Positions 1 to 7,487 of a stretch of DNA of 18,478 nt are shown here, piece after piece (position 1 is the stretch's first letter; the number at the start of each line of letters is the position of its first letter). A program made the translations under genes and the position numbers. The stretch is taken from the NCBI GenBank assembly GCA_043803945.1, contig JAZDJN010000069.1, positions 1 to 18,478 on the forward strand, in the 5' to 3' direction. The DNA is from a bacterium. GTDB taxonomy: Bacteria; Bacteroidota; Ignavibacteria; UBA10030. The notes beneath the pieces are model-generated. The model saw only the letters and a list, made by a program, of their open reading frames with translations. It had not been told where the DNA came from and did no database searches.

Positions 1-67
1 ATCTGACAATTTCTTGCTGAATAGCAATACGAATAATGTCTGCATCTTTGATTTCGAGCCGTTTCAT
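1..67 (-). CDS. N-terminus (partial, runs off the window) of an IS630-family transposase/HTH ORF
   Basis: Reverse complement reads MKRLEIKDADIIRIAIQQEIVR from ATG at 67. This resembles the N-terminus of the IS630-type HTH proteins that continue 'SEESRYDHRLH' (recalled, not searched). Not in the ORF track because it is cut by the window edge. Confidence 0.6.
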   Translation of the reverse strand, partial: MKRLEIKDADIIRIAIQQEIVR

Positions 68-136
68 TTCATCTTTCCGCTTTTTTCTTTAATATAACGG
101 AAAGATATTTTATGCGCAATTATTTATGTCGCTATG
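1..136 (-). mobile_element. Left end of a probable IS630-family insertion sequence
   Basis: Upstream of the transposase-like start lies (minus strand) CATAGCGACATAAATAATTGCGCATAAAA, ending at 136 and abutting a TA at 137-138. IS630/Tc1 elements insert at TA. The partner inverted repeat is outside the window. Confidence 0.5.
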
Positions 137-176
137 TATAGCAATCACCGAAGCAGAGCTTAGAAACCAACGTTGC

Positions 177-240
177 ATTCCGCTCATTGAACGGAGCGAA
201 ACATGATTCCCGCTCGCTTGTCCGCCAGACACATGGAGAA
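177..240 (+). ncRNA. Conserved structured intergenic element, copy 1 (partial: P2 and P3 only)
   Basis: ATTCCG-9nt-CGGAGC hairpin (177-197), GAAACATGATTCC linker, then CTCGC-TTGTCCGCCAGACA-CATGGAGAA. Homologous to 1924-1987 and 17593-17656. Confidence 0.6.
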
Positions 241-307
241 AACGTAGACCGCATAATTGTTACCTGATCAGTTTTTAAGATATTATGAAAAAACAAAAGG
301 TGCACCG

Positions 308-1858
308 ATGAGGCTTCTAAAACTTATTATCACCATTCTTCTCTTCATTACTTCCATCAACGCCCAAACAGGCCTACGAACACTCCTTGAAGGCTATGGA
401 ACTCCTGGATCCAAAGATGCTTTAGGTTCGGGCATCATTGGCTTGGGGGATATTAACAATGATGGATGGGATGATTTTGCCGTAAGCGCCAGCGGATTGC
501 GAAAGACATTCATTTACTTTGGAGGACCTGGAAAGTTAGATGCCAATCCTGATGTTGCAATAAAGGGTGGCAATACAATGGTGATGGGTGATTTGAATGG
601 CGACGGGAGAAAGGATTTGGTTATTTGGCTGAGTGGATATGGTTATGGGATTGATACAGTGCTAGTCTATTTTGGAAAACAGCCTTCCCCGCTAGCCTTA
701 GATACAATTCCAGGATTAATATTAACAGGTGAGGTTGTTGAATGCCAGTTTGGAGCATCCATGGCAACAGGTGATTTGAATAATGATGGATTTGATGATT
801 TGGTTATTAGTGCAAGATATTTTAATTACTTGCGTGGGAAAGTGTATATATATCTGGGAAAAAAAAGACTGAGTGGTTTACCGGACTATGTTGCAATTGG
901 AGATTCTGCAAATGTTGGCTATGGCTATATCGTTCAGATTGATGATATAAATGGCGACAGATGGGTGGATCTTTTAATTAGTTCAGATGATCGTGGAGGT
1001 TTTTCAATGATTGATATTTTCTATGGTAGAGAAGAATTTACATTCACAAAGAATACCTTTAATCAACGATTAAATTCCAGACTAGTTTCTAATGGAACGT
1101 ATCTATACCTGGCAAGACTTGTTGATCTGAATAGTGACGTTATAAAGGATCTCTATTTCAGTCATCCTCAAGGGAAAGAAGGGTACGCTTTCTTAGGGAA
1201 TAAGGATTCCATTCGTTGGATACCCGATCTGATCTATCCTAATCCGGATCCGACATTTTTCACTCGCATGAGCCCATATGCGCATGATATTGGTGACTTC
1301 AACGGAGATGGAATTAAGGATTATGTGCTTTATGCCAGTATCGGTGCCCCCTGTGCACTTGTCTACATTGGAAAATCGAGCCAACCAACAAAACCATATG
1401 GTGTAAGAACGATTGTTGGATTACAGTATATTGCAGGTGTTGGGGATGTCAACGGAGATGGTGCAGATGATTTTGGCATGACTGTTCCTACTGATGCTCT
1501 CGATAGAGGTTATTTTGTCATCATCTCGGGAGAGAAAGGAGTATCAGAGGTCTCTCATGAGGAGAATGCTTATCCAAGAAATTATTCCCTCCGGCAGAAT
1601 TTTCCAAACCCATTCAATCCTTCAACAACAATAGAATATTCTCTCAAATCGCGAGAGAAGGTGTCTCTTGTCATCTATGATACATTGGGAAAAGAAATTC
1701 GAAACCTTGTCGAACAGATTAAAGATGCAGGAAAACACAGAGTTATATGGGACGGTAGGGATGCACGGGGAAGCAACGTCCCTTCAGGAGTGTATTTCTA
1801 TAAACTCATTGTTGGTTCTCAAACAATGATTCCAAAGAAAGCCATCCTCATAAAATAA
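308..1858 (+). CDS. Secreted FG-GAP repeat (integrin-alpha-like beta-propeller) protein with T9SS-type/FlgD-Ig C-terminal sorting domain, paralog 1
   Basis: Repeated GDxNxDGxDD Ca-binding motifs and 'FGASMATGD..GKVYIYLG'. Signal peptide MRLLKLIITILLFITSINA|Q. C-terminus QNFPNPFNPSTTIEY...WDGRD...PSGVYFY. Start moved to ATG 308 because it aligns with the starts of paralogs 2 and 3. Confidence 0.9.
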   Translation: MRLLKLIITILLFITSINAQTGLRTLLEGYGTPGSKDALGSGIIGLGDINNDGWDDFAVSASGLRKTFIYFGGPGKLDANPDVAIKGGNTMVMGDLNGDGRKDLVIWLSGYGYGIDTVLVYFGKQPSPLALDTIPGLILTGEVVECQFGASMATGDLNNDGFDDLVISARYFNYLRGKVYIYLGKKRLSGLPDYVAIGDSANVGYGYIVQIDDINGDRWVDLLISSDDRGGFSMIDIFYGREEFTFTKNTFNQRLNSRLVSNGTYLYLARLVDLNSDVIKDLYFSHPQGKEGYAFLGNKDSIRWIPDLIYPNPDPTFFTRMSPYAHDIGDFNGDGIKDYVLYASIGAPCALVYIGKSSQPTKPYGVRTIVGLQYIAGVGDVNGDGADDFGMTVPTDALDRGYFVIISGEKGVSEVSHEENAYPRNYSLRQNFPNPFNPSTTIEYSLKSREKVSLVIYDTLGKEIRNLVEQIKDAGKHRVIWDGRDARGSNVPSGVYFYKLIVGSQTMIPKKAILIK

Positions 1859-1893
1859 TGCAAAAAACAAAACCAAGGAGGTGGTTTTTATGA
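1858..1893 (+). CDS. Putative 11-aa translationally coupled micropeptide MQKTKPRRWFL
   Basis: ATG overlaps the upstream stop (TAATG). Same length, position and RRWF ending as 17525-17560. Confidence 0.4.
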   Translation: MQKTKPRRWFL

Positions 1894-1898
1894 GATGA
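1875..1898 (+). promoter_or_regulatory. Strong Shine-Dalgarno (AAGGAGGT) followed by an ATG-AGA-TGA minigene
   Basis: AAGGAG at 1875-1880, 9-nt spacer, ATGAGATGA at 1890-1898. The SD sits largely in the loop of the AAAACCA/TGGTTTT hairpin (1869-1888). Same spacing at 17542-17565. Confidence 0.5.
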
Positions 1899-1911
1899 AG
1901 TAGATTCAAAG

Positions 1912-2036
1912 GAATAGCCCTCGATCCCGCTTTTCAGGCGGGATGAAAAATGATCCCTGCTCGGTTGTCCGCCAGACAAATTGAGAAGAAATACATCTTT
2001 CGGGATGTGTAAGTATCCCCGAGGGCTTTTGTTTTT
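1912..2036 (+). ncRNA. Conserved structured intergenic element, copy 2 (complete), ending in a U-rich tract
   Basis: P1 AGCCCTCG (1916-1923) pairs with CGAGGGCT (2020-2027). It encloses P2 ATCCCGC/GCGGGAT (1924-1944), P3 CTCGGTTGTC-CGCCA-GACAAATTGAG (1960-1985) and P4 ATACATCT-TTCG-GGATGTGT (1991-2010). TTTGTTTTT follows. G-U pairs and the UUCG loop favour the + strand. Confidence 0.7.
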
Positions 2037-2077
2037 ATAATACCTTTTTACTCACGATTTATCAAGGAGGAAATACA

Positions 2078-4030
2078 ATGAAAAGGAAAGCATGCTTTTA
2101 CTCGATTCTATTTCCTATCTTCATTCTTCTTATGAACATGGAACAGGAAGCACAGACTCAGTCGAAATTTCTAATTGGCGTCGATTGGATAACGCTGCCC
2201 CCTCGTCCGCCGTACACTAACATCATTCCGACCAAGGCAGAATGGGATACACTATCGTCACTCGGTGTGAATTGCGGGATGATTGCATTGCCTGAGAGAG
2301 ATAATATTCAAGATTATTATAACTCAGTTTCTACAGCTCTTGGAAGCTCACCCATCGATCTCATAATTTTTGGATACAGGTTCTCACGTTTCACAGATGG
2401 ACATCGCTGGGTGTATCACCCTGAATACAATCAGCATTATCCAGGCTTCACGGGCAGGAGAGGCCAAGGCTCTTTGGAAGGAGCAGGTAGTGCCGACGCC
2501 GATTTAGATCAAACACAAGTAAATATTAACGCTTGGCGAGTTCTATCGGGCAGTGGCGGAGATTCTTCTGGTTATATTGCCAATGGACTGCTAATGAACT
2601 CAGAGCAACCAGATTCCGTTAGGTACTTTATAAAAGTGAGAATGCGGCTTGTGTTAGATACACCGTTTGACAACAAGCCAGCTCTTGTTGTTAAGGCTGT
2701 TCGTGCCGACACCACAATGGTGGATACCATATTTGCCAATGAGTTCAGTAATTATAACTACAGGGAAGTTCCCTCTCTCGTATTTAGAAAAATGCCCGTT
2801 GGCCAAACAGCACAACCCCAACAAAGTATTAATGAAATTAGGGTCAGCCATGTCCCCCCACGCGATACGATAGGATATGCAACAGGCCATCCCGATGAAG
2901 TGATATCTACCGCAAGTAACACAGCTTTTGATTATCAACTCTATTGGCCCGGCCAGGTCTCTTGCTTCGTCGATTATATCGCGATAGATGATAGTGTGAG
3001 TAATCGTTTATTCTTAGGAACAAATGATACAGCCATTTCAGGGGAGGTCATACGATTCAGGGATAGCACAAAACTTATCAAGTTTAAAATCAACGATGAG
3101 CCAGCTTCACCACACTGGCCATTGGTTGGATATGTTGATAATATCATTCGATCAAATCTTACTGCCGGAAATTTAACTAAACGCGGATTTCACTATAACA
3201 TTGGTTATGATAATCCCGATCCAGATCGAATGGTGAAGAGAAATATCCGGATAACCGGAACCATGCAAAACATGGCCGATATTTATCCGTTTAAAGCCGA
3301 TCTTTCAAAAACTCCATGGCCCAGCAGTAACAATTATACTTCCGAGATCCAATGGTGGGTGCAAACCTACCTGATTGATAAACTTGCAATCAATATTAAA
3401 CATTCGAAGGCAAACGACCGGGATTTTTGGTATCAAGCTCAGGCACACTCCTGGGAAAACTTTGAAAATGGTATATGGAATGGCGATCAGAGGGAACCGA
3501 CGGTTGGAGAAATAAGACTCCAGGTAAATCTTGCTCTTGCTTATGGTGCGAAGGGGATACAATACTTTCTCTACAGATCATATGATTCACAAGCTGATCG
3601 AATCAGAGGCATTGGGCTAACCAATGTCGATGGTTCAAAAAGAGAGATAATACATCAAGGTACTTCATATGCAGGGAATAAATGGGAAACGGTCAAAGCG
3701 ATCAATCAAAAGCTTTCTTCACTCGGCCCTACTCTAGTAAATCTCACTTGGCTTGGAGCAAAAAGTTGGCATAATGAAACGGTGTACGGTTCCTGGGGAT
3801 CTCTAATAACCTCGATTCACACTGAATATCCCACTGAAACAAAATATATCGAAACGGCTCATTTTCAATATAACAATACTAACTATTTTTATGTTGTCAA
3901 TCGCAGAACAAAGCCTGATGAGTCAAGAACAATCAAGCTAACCTTTAACAATACAGTACCATGGAATATAATCGATATAGCACCTGGCATATCAACGCGT
4001 ATCAGATCTAATGACACATTTTCCATCTAA
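2078..4030 (+). CDS. Secreted glycoside-hydrolase-like (TIM-barrel) protein; N-terminal part of a gene interrupted by an in-frame TAA
   Basis: SD AAGGAGG precedes the ATG; hydrophobic signal peptide. Motifs 'INDEP', 'DIYP' and 'REPT..EIRLQVNLALAYGAKGIQYFLY' resemble GH-A clan/GH42-like barrels. The frame continues past the stop. Confidence 0.75.
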   Translation: MKRKACFYSILFPIFILLMNMEQEAQTQSKFLIGVDWITLPPRPPYTNIIPTKAEWDTLSSLGVNCGMIALPERDNIQDYYNSVSTALGSSPIDLIIFGYRFSRFTDGHRWVYHPEYNQHYPGFTGRRGQGSLEGAGSADADLDQTQVNINAWRVLSGSGGDSSGYIANGLLMNSEQPDSVRYFIKVRMRLVLDTPFDNKPALVVKAVRADTTMVDTIFANEFSNYNYREVPSLVFRKMPVGQTAQPQQSINEIRVSHVPPRDTIGYATGHPDEVISTASNTAFDYQLYWPGQVSCFVDYIAIDDSVSNRLFLGTNDTAISGEVIRFRDSTKLIKFKINDEPASPHWPLVGYVDNIIRSNLTAGNLTKRGFHYNIGYDNPDPDRMVKRNIRITGTMQNMADIYPFKADLSKTPWPSSNNYTSEIQWWVQTYLIDKLAINIKHSKANDRDFWYQAQAHSWENFENGIWNGDQREPTVGEIRLQVNLALAYGAKGIQYFLYRSYDSQADRIRGIGLTNVDGSKREIIHQGTSYAGNKWETVKAINQKLSSLGPTLVNLTWLGAKSWHNETVYGSWGSLITSIHTEYPTETKYIETAHFQYNNTNYFYVVNRRTKPDESRTIKLTFNNTVPWNIIDIAPGISTRIRSNDTFSI

Positions 4031-4054
4031 ATTCTACCCGGTGATGGAAAGTTA

Positions 4055-5851
4055 TTGCGATCGGAAATAGGTACACCTGATCCACCCAACCTCACCTCAC
4101 CCCAAAACGGTGCACCAAATGTTGATCCACTTCCTCAATTGTGGTGGGAACTGGTCACTGGCTGTATAATGTATCATATTCAGATAGCTAAGGACTTTGG
4201 CTTCACGGAAAAAAAAGACAGCGCTTTTGTAACTGAAAATTATAAAAGCGGTTTTTCCGAGTTAAGTGAAATGACTCAATACTTCTGGCGCGTCCGGGCC
4301 ATTCTGTCAAACGATACAACATGCTGGTCCTCAATCTGGAATTTCACCATTGGTCTTGGATCTCCAGAAGTGCTTTTACCACTTAATGGGGCAAGCAATA
4401 TCTCGTTGCAGCCAACATTTCACTGGAACCATTCTGACTACGCCACAACATACCGTCTACAAGTATCCAGCGATTCAGTATTCTCTCCAACTCATATTAT
4501 TGTGGAATCTTCATCAAATGATACTTCCTATACTCTCAGCGGATTGTTGAGTACGAGTACAGACTATTTTTGGCGTGTCCGTGAATTAGCCTTGACAGAT
4601 ACTGGTAGCTGGTCGTGGGTGCGAAGGTTTACTACCCAATCCGGAATAATTCATCACAGCATTAGACTTCCCCAAGGCTGGAACATGAACTCCAGCTTAG
4701 TCGCTCCACGAGACTCGACGCTTGATACAGTGTTTGTAAAAATCAAATCCCACCTTATTATAGCAAAGAATGGAGCCGGTCAAGTCTATTGGCCTGTATT
4801 TAGTATCAATACAATCGGTAAGTGGAAATGGTGGCATGGATATCAAATCTATATGAATGTAACCGATACACTCACGATCGAAGGTAATGAAGTAGAACCA
4901 TATACACATCCAATTGCACTCATTCAAGGATGGAATCTCTCGGCTTATCTCCGGAATAAGCCAATGAGGTGTGATTCAGCAATAAATAGTATAGCATCCA
5001 CTCTTGTACTATTGAAGAACAATGAAGGTCAAACTTATTGGCCTGAATATTATCCCAATATCTTCATTGATATGAAACCTGGACAAGGTTATCAGATATA
5101 CCTCTCAAGTGCAGCAACCCTCACCTATCCACCGAATCAATCTCCTGCTCCTCTACAATTGCTTTCAAAAACACATTCATTGACATCAAATGTTTTTGAA
5201 TATCCAAAACCAAAACACTATAAATCGGATAACCTCAACACAGGAGTGAATGCAACCCTATTAATCGAAGCTCCTGGATTGAAAGATGAAGATGAGATCG
5301 CCGTTTGGGATAAAGGAAAACGACTTGTTGGTTCTGGAATTATCAAAGCTGGAAAAGCTGTAATAACCATTTGGGGTCAGAATGAGATTACAAAAGATAA
5401 GGTAGAAGGTCCTTTAAAAGGGGAAATTCTGAACCTCACCTGCTGGACACAAAAGGATGGAAAAGAAAAATCTATTGAACTTAATCCGTTGAATGACGTA
5501 CTCACAAAGAAAAAGATAGATAATGTCTTGCGATATGAAAAAGATGGTGTATGGACTGTTCGCCTCTCCGATCAGGGGTCAAATCAAAATCAAGAGGCGC
5601 TTTTAGAGAATTATCCCAATCCGTTTAATCCAACGACAATGATACGGTTTGCAGTCCCAACTGATGGAAAAGTAACATTGAGAATATTCGATATTCTCGG
5701 AAGAGTTGTCATGACGCTACTTGATGAGCCGCGAGTTGCAGGATTTCATCAAGTCCAACTCGATGCGAGCCACCTCCCATCAGGAATGTATGTCATTCAT
5801 CTCAAGACAAAAGAAACGAACCTATCGAAAAAAATAATCCTCACAAAATAG
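4055..5851 (+). CDS. Two Fn3-like repeats, 'L.QGWN..S' repeat domain and T9SS-type C-terminal sorting domain; C-terminal part of the interrupted gene
   Basis: Repeats of 'P.L.SP.NGA.N....P...W...Y.(L/I)Q...D..F...YFWRVR'. C-terminus ENYPNPFNPTTMIRF...LPSGMY. No SD or signal peptide of its own, and in frame with 2078-4030. Confidence 0.75.
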   Translation: MRSEIGTPDPPNLTSPQNGAPNVDPLPQLWWELVTGCIMYHIQIAKDFGFTEKKDSAFVTENYKSGFSELSEMTQYFWRVRAILSNDTTCWSSIWNFTIGLGSPEVLLPLNGASNISLQPTFHWNHSDYATTYRLQVSSDSVFSPTHIIVESSSNDTSYTLSGLLSTSTDYFWRVRELALTDTGSWSWVRRFTTQSGIIHHSIRLPQGWNMNSSLVAPRDSTLDTVFVKIKSHLIIAKNGAGQVYWPVFSINTIGKWKWWHGYQIYMNVTDTLTIEGNEVEPYTHPIALIQGWNLSAYLRNKPMRCDSAINSIASTLVLLKNNEGQTYWPEYYPNIFIDMKPGQGYQIYLSSAATLTYPPNQSPAPLQLLSKTHSLTSNVFEYPKPKHYKSDNLNTGVNATLLIEAPGLKDEDEIAVWDKGKRLVGSGIIKAGKAVITIWGQNEITKDKVEGPLKGEILNLTCWTQKDGKEKSIELNPLNDVLTKKKIDNVLRYEKDGVWTVRLSDQGSNQNQEALLENYPNPFNPTTMIRFAVPTDGKVTLRIFDILGRVVMTLLDEPRVAGFHQVQLDASHLPSGMYVIHLKTKETNLSKKIILTK

Positions 5852-5907
5852 GAGAGGAAAGAAATAGATATTATCGCTCAACAGTCAGAGTGATAAAGAG
5901 AAATCAT

Positions 5908-5940
5908 TAGTGAAGGCCCTTAATTGGGCCTTCTCTATTG
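5908..5940 (+). terminator. Probable intrinsic terminator hairpin
   Basis: GAAGGCCC-TTAATT-GGGCCTTC (5912-5933), about 60 nt after the stop, with a pyrimidine-rich but imperfect U tail. Confidence 0.6.
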
Positions 5941-6094
5941 TCAGCCGACACCTTGATGGTAGTAATCTGTGTCTCAATCCTTTGAATACAGCACCGGACA
6001 TTTTCCATCCACTGCGATTTCCTATAAGAAAAGTTGAACGAGGAAAGGCAGAAGCTCTTCACTGCAGGAAATATGATTGATTTTGTGAGTTCTC

Positions 6095-6121
6095 TTGACG
6101 ATTTTCATTTAGTCATATAAT
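6095..6121 (+). promoter_or_regulatory. Possible sigma70-like promoter
   Basis: TTGACG (6095-6100) and TATAAT (6116-6121), but the spacer is only 15 nt. Confidence 0.3.
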
Positions 6122-6137
6122 ACTTTTTGAGAACAGG

Positions 6138-7298
6138 ATGAAACAGCAACAAAAATTTATTGACGGTCTGTTACAGGCATGGCGCGATGAGATGGTCAGC
6201 GCAAAGAACTATCGGGCATTGGCAGAGAGGGAGCAAAACGATCGCCGAAAAGCAATTCTTGAGCGGATGGCAAAAGCGGAAGAACGCCACGCCTCCCGAT
6301 GGGCGCAGCGATTGAAGGAGCTCAATGTTCAGGTTCCCGAGTATGCCGAGTCGATGAATGAAAAAATTCACCGGTGGATCATCATGCGAAGCGACGCAGA
6401 ATCTGCGGCGAAGATGCTTGAGGAAGCAGAATCGGCGGCAGACACGCTGTACGAAACACTGCTTGCCTCAGCCCCCAACGATGAAGATCGAGCAGCGCTG
6501 CATGAAGTGAAGCTCGAAGAGAACACACACAGCAAGATGCTGGAAGAATTTGCCGGTTCGCATCAACCCTCCTTTGTGCAGTCGCGTCTCGAACATATTC
6601 TGGGGAGAGAACGCTGGCATGTTCGCGCGGGCGGATGGTTCGGTCAAGCCATCTACGGTGCGAACGACGGGCTTGGGGCTGCATTCGGCGTAGTGAGCGG
6701 CGTGGCCGGAGCAACACAGGCAAACAGCGAATTTGTTCTTCTGAGCGGGATTGCAGCGGCGATTGCCTCTGCCTTGTCGATGGGAAGCGGTGCATACCTT
6801 GCCACGAAATCGGAACGGGAAGTCTATGAAGCGGAGATAGAAAAGGAACGCCGCGAAATTGAAGAGAGCCCCGAAGAAGAGATCGAAGAGATGGAATTGT
6901 TCTATCAATTGAAAGGATTCTCGCCCGAACAGGCAAAGTTGCTCGCTGCAAAACTTGCCGAGCAGCCCGATCATCTGTTGAAAGCCCTTGCCCACGAAGA
7001 GCTCGGCTTGTCCGAGCAATCGTTCCCGAACCAGTGGCGGTCAGCAATGAGCGCTACCATCAGCACGGCGATTGGGGCAATTATTCCAGTGCTGCCGTTT
7101 CTCTTTAGCACGGGACAGACAGCATTACTGCTGTCATTTATCGTCAGCACCCTGGCGCATTTTCTGGTCGGTGCCTCTAAAGTGTTTGTTACCGGCCGTT
7201 CATGGATGAAGAGTGGAATCGAAATGACGCTGGTCGGCCTCGGTGCCGCACTCATCACGTATGCCGTAGGCATGCTGATTGCACCGATTATCGAATAG
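6138..7298 (+). CDS. Ferritin-like (erythrin) domain plus VIT1/CCC1 membrane domain; MbfA-like iron exporter
   Basis: N-terminal di-iron motifs 'DEMVSAKNY', 'AEERH', 'EENTH'. VIT1 signatures 'IYGANDGL', 'ALSMGSGAYLATKSE', an acidic cytoplasmic loop and C-terminal TM helices. Confidence 0.88.
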   Translation: MKQQQKFIDGLLQAWRDEMVSAKNYRALAEREQNDRRKAILERMAKAEERHASRWAQRLKELNVQVPEYAESMNEKIHRWIIMRSDAESAAKMLEEAESAADTLYETLLASAPNDEDRAALHEVKLEENTHSKMLEEFAGSHQPSFVQSRLEHILGRERWHVRAGGWFGQAIYGANDGLGAAFGVVSGVAGATQANSEFVLLSGIAAAIASALSMGSGAYLATKSEREVYEAEIEKERREIEESPEEEIEEMELFYQLKGFSPEQAKLLAAKLAEQPDHLLKALAHEELGLSEQSFPNQWRSAMSATISTAIGAIIPVLPFLFSTGQTALLLSFIVSTLAHFLVGASKVFVTGRSWMKSGIEMTLVGLGAALITYAVGMLIAPIIE

Positions 7299-7318
7299 AC
7301 TTTCAACGTCTCATGAAA

Positions 7319-7430
7319 AAGAAACCGCCAAGCCGCCAAGAATATTTTAGATTGTTTATTTTAAGAAGGATTCGAAATCAATACATAAAAACATTCTGGC
7401 GTTTTGGCGTTCTTGGCGGTTTGATTTCTT
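7319..7430. repeat. Long imperfect inverted repeat built from (C)GCCAAG units (REP/MITE-like)
   Basis: AAACCGCCAAG (7322-7332) pairs with CTTGGCGGTTT (7412-7422). Tandem GCCAAG / TGGCG units on the arms enclose an AT-rich spacer. Confidence 0.65.
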
Positions 7431-7487
7431 TACAGTGGCCTCAAATAGAGAATAAATGTACCTGCTCATCGTTGAATCCGGAGGAGT

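Noticed and set aside
257-307. TTG start giving a 533-aa paralog 1, and the GTG start at 17739 for paralog 3
   Set aside because: The extensions precede the signal peptide and are not shared. All three paralogs align from the ATG after GGTG(C/T)ACC.
1912-2036. Known ribozyme or riboswitch (hammerhead, c-di-GMP-I, T-box, group II intron domain V)
   Set aside because: The diagnostic cores (CUGAnGA..GAAA, the GEMM pattern, the T-box AGGGUGGnACCGCG, the AGC..domain V helix) are not present by eye. An Rfam scan is still needed.
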